Shown here: piece by piece, positions 60,441 to 64,000 of the stretch
Position numbering within the stretch: position 1 is the first letter of the stretch
How the letters are laid out: the number at the start of each line of letters is the position of its first letter
Source of the DNA: Nemertoderma westbladi
Lineage: Eukaryota > Animalia > Xenacoelomorpha
Length of the DNA: 64,000 nucleotides
Reading direction: 5' to 3'
NCBI GenBank assembly: GCA_032718475.1
Contig: JAUCBJ010004510.1
Location: 24,459 to 88,458 of the forward strand
Position numbers and translations under genes: made by a program
The notes under the pieces: generated by a model
Seen by the model: only the letters and a program-made list of their open reading frames with translations
Databases searched by the model: none
Told to the model about the DNA's origin: nothing

Positions 60441-63379
60441 CAAAATAACAATAACACAATTCTGTTCATAAGTCTTAAAGTTGCCCGTACCAAAATTGTG
60501 TATTATACTGAACTATATTTTTGTTTCTGATCATTATTGGAAATATGTTTCTTTTAGAGTGAATTAAATATAAAATAAATAGGTGATTGTTAATTTTTAA
60601 TTGACTACAGTCATTACAAGGTTTATTTCACCGACATCCCCTAGAACAGAGACATCACTTTTCAAAAATTTGAGTGGTTCAAGTGGTTCTAATACATTGA
60701 TTATCAGGTTATTAATGTTTTCAGGGATACTGATTGTAATGCAACACAAACCAAATCAATTATTGAACCAAAGTTTAATTAAGTTTAATTAATTAAAGAA
60801 CCAAAGAAAGAACCAAACTTATAAATTAGTCACATGTCGAGGTCAGATACGTTAAATTTCCCATCGCTTAATCGTTTTTCTCAATTTATTGCCTATAAAG
60901 GGTCTCCTAACCCCATATTGTTATTATATTTTTTGACTAACGTACATGGTTAACTATGTATATATCATAAAATTGAAATAAGTTCAATTTAACTACATTG
61001 GGTTACAACTCTAGCCCCATATCGTAAAGGCTAGGTCTAATTATGGGCAAAACTATTGTATTGGGGACAACAGTCAAAAAGAGCTACCAACAGTCCGAAA
61101 ACTCACCAACAGTCAGAAAACAGTCCCAGGATAGTCTACCAACAGTCAAGGGCTTCAACAAATTTCCGATTATCTTAATAGGATTACTTAAATTCGAATA
61201 ATCAAAGTAATATCAGCTGATAGCCGTAACATCCGTTGGGCCGTACTAGCCGTTGGGTGTACAATATTTTCTTGCTTGCTGCTACCCAAAGAACTAATCA
61301 CAGGCTTCTTGCCAGATATAACTCATGAGTCGTATGTCAAAAAGATGGAACAACTTTCGACTCATGAGTCATAACAAACGACTAATGACTTACTAGTGGA
61401 AGCACTCCCAATTAAACCAATGTGTTCCATAATAATTTATTTTGACTTATGACATATACGAAATACGACTAACCAGTACAATGCCGTATGGTTGAATAAA
61501 GTAGAAAACAAAGCAATACAGGAAGTAATGCATGGCCTACGTTTCAAAATTAATCTCTCAAATTCGTCATTGGGCAAATTATTTTGGTTTTCTAAACAAA
61601 TTAGAGATTTTCTAAATTTTTCCTCGCCGTTTAGAAATTTTTCACAGCGGACATTTTGAAAAAAAAAACCCTGATATGTACACAAGATGAAAAAATCCTC
61701 CGTTATTCTCAGCGTCAGCAATAATATTTATTTAAATTTTCGGGCGCTGTAATATATGATATGGCCCATATCCAGGACTTATATATGAATGATAAAGAGG
61801 GTATGTTATAAAATAACATATAATACCGTAATGAGCTATCTCAGCTCCCCCTAAGTATTGTCAAGGCATTTATGGGAGGGTAACCTACAGATGCTGTTAC
61901 GAGTCTGTCTGTAACTCTTATGAGTGTTATCAAGTGCCTTGGGGTACCCGCCGCACAGCAGGAACACTCACGAAAGTATGTTTAATATATATACAGTATT
62001 ATCTAATATATATATCTAACTGAATGTAGAATCAATTACTGTAAGCATAAGGCTTTGGCACTTACAAACTGCTTGGGTGTAAAGCGTTCCGTTATGTTGT
62101 GTTGATGGCAAGTAAATGTACGCGTGACTTACATATATTACAGGTAGGACACTATGTTGACTCGGTGCGTGGTAAGCGAACAGTTCACTCGTACTGCATA
62201 CATAGTGTTAGTAGATGATATTTACCAGTTGGGGAATAATATTGCAGTACTATGGACGCACACACTCGCACTAAAATGAACCGAATCTGTAACAGACAGG
62301 GCACAGTCAGCACTAACAGTGTGGAAATCGAGTTGGTTTGATCTCTGGTCTTGTATATTCATCAACAATAGTAGAGCAACAATAGTAAATAACTATGCAC
62401 ACAGCAAGATGTTAAAATGCATGCAGCAGGGTGAAATACTGCGAGCCCGTTAGTTATAATTATCGGTTATTATTATAACCGATAGTTATAATAACTCGCA
62501 AGAGGCTAATATGATCTTAGGTTACGCCAGTAGTAATGGTTACCCCTTTTCGGCGACAGTTTAGTCCAACTTCGCACCTTGGGTGTTAAGTAGGTCATTA
62601 ATTAATTAATCAATTAATTAATTGGTCAATTAAACAATTAATTAATTGTTTAATCAATCGATTTGTATCAAATAATGTTGCCAAAGGCAATTTAATTTGA
62701 TACAAATCAATCAGATAGGGACACGAGATGAATAAATTGTACTATAACAAACGAAATATACAACACAATAGGCACTGTGCAATATAATATACAATACATT
62801 TGTATTATTTTTGCCATACAGTAGGTAAAGATAGAATTAAATATAAAGACACGAGCGGGACCCAAAACATAAATTAGCCTCACTCGAAAATAAAGTGGCC
62901 CAGTTTGGCCCTGAGTCATCCCTCAATAATCTGCGGTCGTTAGGCTCTTATTAACCGTAGCATGACTAACCCAAACATCAATGCGTGAATGGGGCCTGCG
63001 TGAATGGGGCCTGCCACAGAGCTTAAATTATTCAAACCCACAGCCTCGCTATTACATCAAGTCATCCAAGAAATTAGAATAAACATCTGCTCTTGCAATA
63101 GTTTGCATTCTTTCATATTGTACTTTATGAAGCAGTTTACGCATGCATTAGCTCAACAACAAAGCCATCGCCCAAACGCCATGTGTCAAATTAATTCCCA
63201 ACCATCTCTTTACCACAGTAGATACTGCAGTTTTTTTTTGTTTGAAGTAATTTCAGATGCTCTAGTATAACATTAATTAACATACCCATTCATTCATTAC
63301 ACGCAATTTTCTCTGACGCACCCCCCGCTTCTCAATTCATCCCATTTCCCAACCTAACTAATGTTTTACATTTAATTAA

Positions 63380-63500
63380 CCCAATGAAATGTGTTTATTA
63401 TTCCCTCAATCCAATAGCGCATCTCTCTCTCTCTCTTTTTATTTCTATTGGTTCCCACAAGCTTCACTTTTATTTTCATTGGTTATCCTTTCCCTTATAA
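63380..63500 (+). promoter_or_regulatory. Pol II promoter-like block: four CCAAT boxes and TATAAA
   Basis: CCAAT at ~63381 and ~63411, ATTGG at ~63446 and ~63478, TATAAA at ~63495. A candidate 5'-UTR intron (gtaag ~63741 to tttatag ~63865) precedes the ATG. Confidence 0.55.
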
Positions 63501-63870
63501 ACCCCCACCCTTCGCTTCGAACTTTACTTACAAAAATATTATTGACAATTTTACTTTTTATTTAAAGTTATAATACATTTATTGTTATACATAATATTAT
63601 ATTTTCTTCAAGATTGTTATACGTAACACATTTATTATTATAAATAATATATTGTTGCAAACATCAATGTGATTTGATTTTCCTTCTTATTATTCCTAAT
63701 CGAGCAATTTTCTTTTTCCATCACCACAAATCAATCTGCAGGTAAGAACAATAAATTTGTATTTTTATGAATTCGTTTAGTTTTAACATTATTACCTCAA
63801 AATAAATATCAACCCCGCGAAACCTTCCCAAACTTATTATTATTATTTAGTTTTTTATTTTATAGCAAAC

Positions 63871-64000
63871 ATGCCTATGTCACCAAAATTCGTTGACTGT
63901 CCTGTCTGCAATAAGAACATGCGCAGTGATAGTCTCAACAAACATCTCACAACTCATTTTAAACAATATTCATGCGATTGTTGTGGCACCTGGTCCTCCG
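63871..64000 (+). CDS. Start of a zinc-finger ORF paralogous to 56747-57214 (probable Polinton pPolB N-terminus); partial
   Basis: MPMSPKFVDCPVCNKNMRSDSLNKHLTTHFKQYSCDCCGTWSS versus MPMSTNKVSCPICDKEMRSDHLKSHIKTHFAQYRCDCCRTWSS. Confidence 0.78.
   Translation, partial: MPMSPKFVDCPVCNKNMRSDSLNKHLTTHFKQYSCDCCGTWSS

Larger units (their letters stand above)
62529..64000 (+). mobile_element. Candidate left end of a Polinton/Maverick-like element extending beyond the window
   Basis: Begins AGTAGT (typical Polinton terminus), followed by TTAA/ATTA simple repeats, a promoter-like block and an ORF paralogous to the N-terminus of the pPolB pseudogene. Confidence 0.55.

Overview
Animal (invertebrate) nuclear DNA that is intron-poor in its conserved genes and rich in repeats. 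Conserved genes: a >10.4-kb intronless axonemal dynein heavy chain (DNAH12-like, runs off the left edge and is missing from the ORF track), a CPTP/GLTPD1-like lipid transfer protein, a 3-exon XPD/ERCC2 (760 aa when spliced), EFCAB11, a MacroD-type macrodomain protein and IAH1. Apparently lineage-specific genes: a 4-exon proline-rich tail-anchored protein, a Cys-rich putatively GPI-anchored protein and a 12-finger C2H2 protein. Mobile DNA: a CRE-like RLE retroelement fragment, an Academ transposon with nested insertions and an empty site visible elsewhere in the window, RTE-like LINE pieces, two tRNA-derived SINEs, fold-back MITEs, a solo LTR and two divergently oriented Polinton/Maverick-like ORFs. 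There are three minisatellite arrays (21, 20/21 and 36 bp units); none is a CRISPR. The most notable observations are a 5.6-kb XPD intron made almost entirely of satellite and bounded by a 10-nt near-direct repeat, and splice-acceptor-like sites just upstream of most start codons together with a 148-bp EFCAB11-XPD gap (possible operon or trans-splicing). All family assignments are by eye and from memory of motifs; no searches were run.
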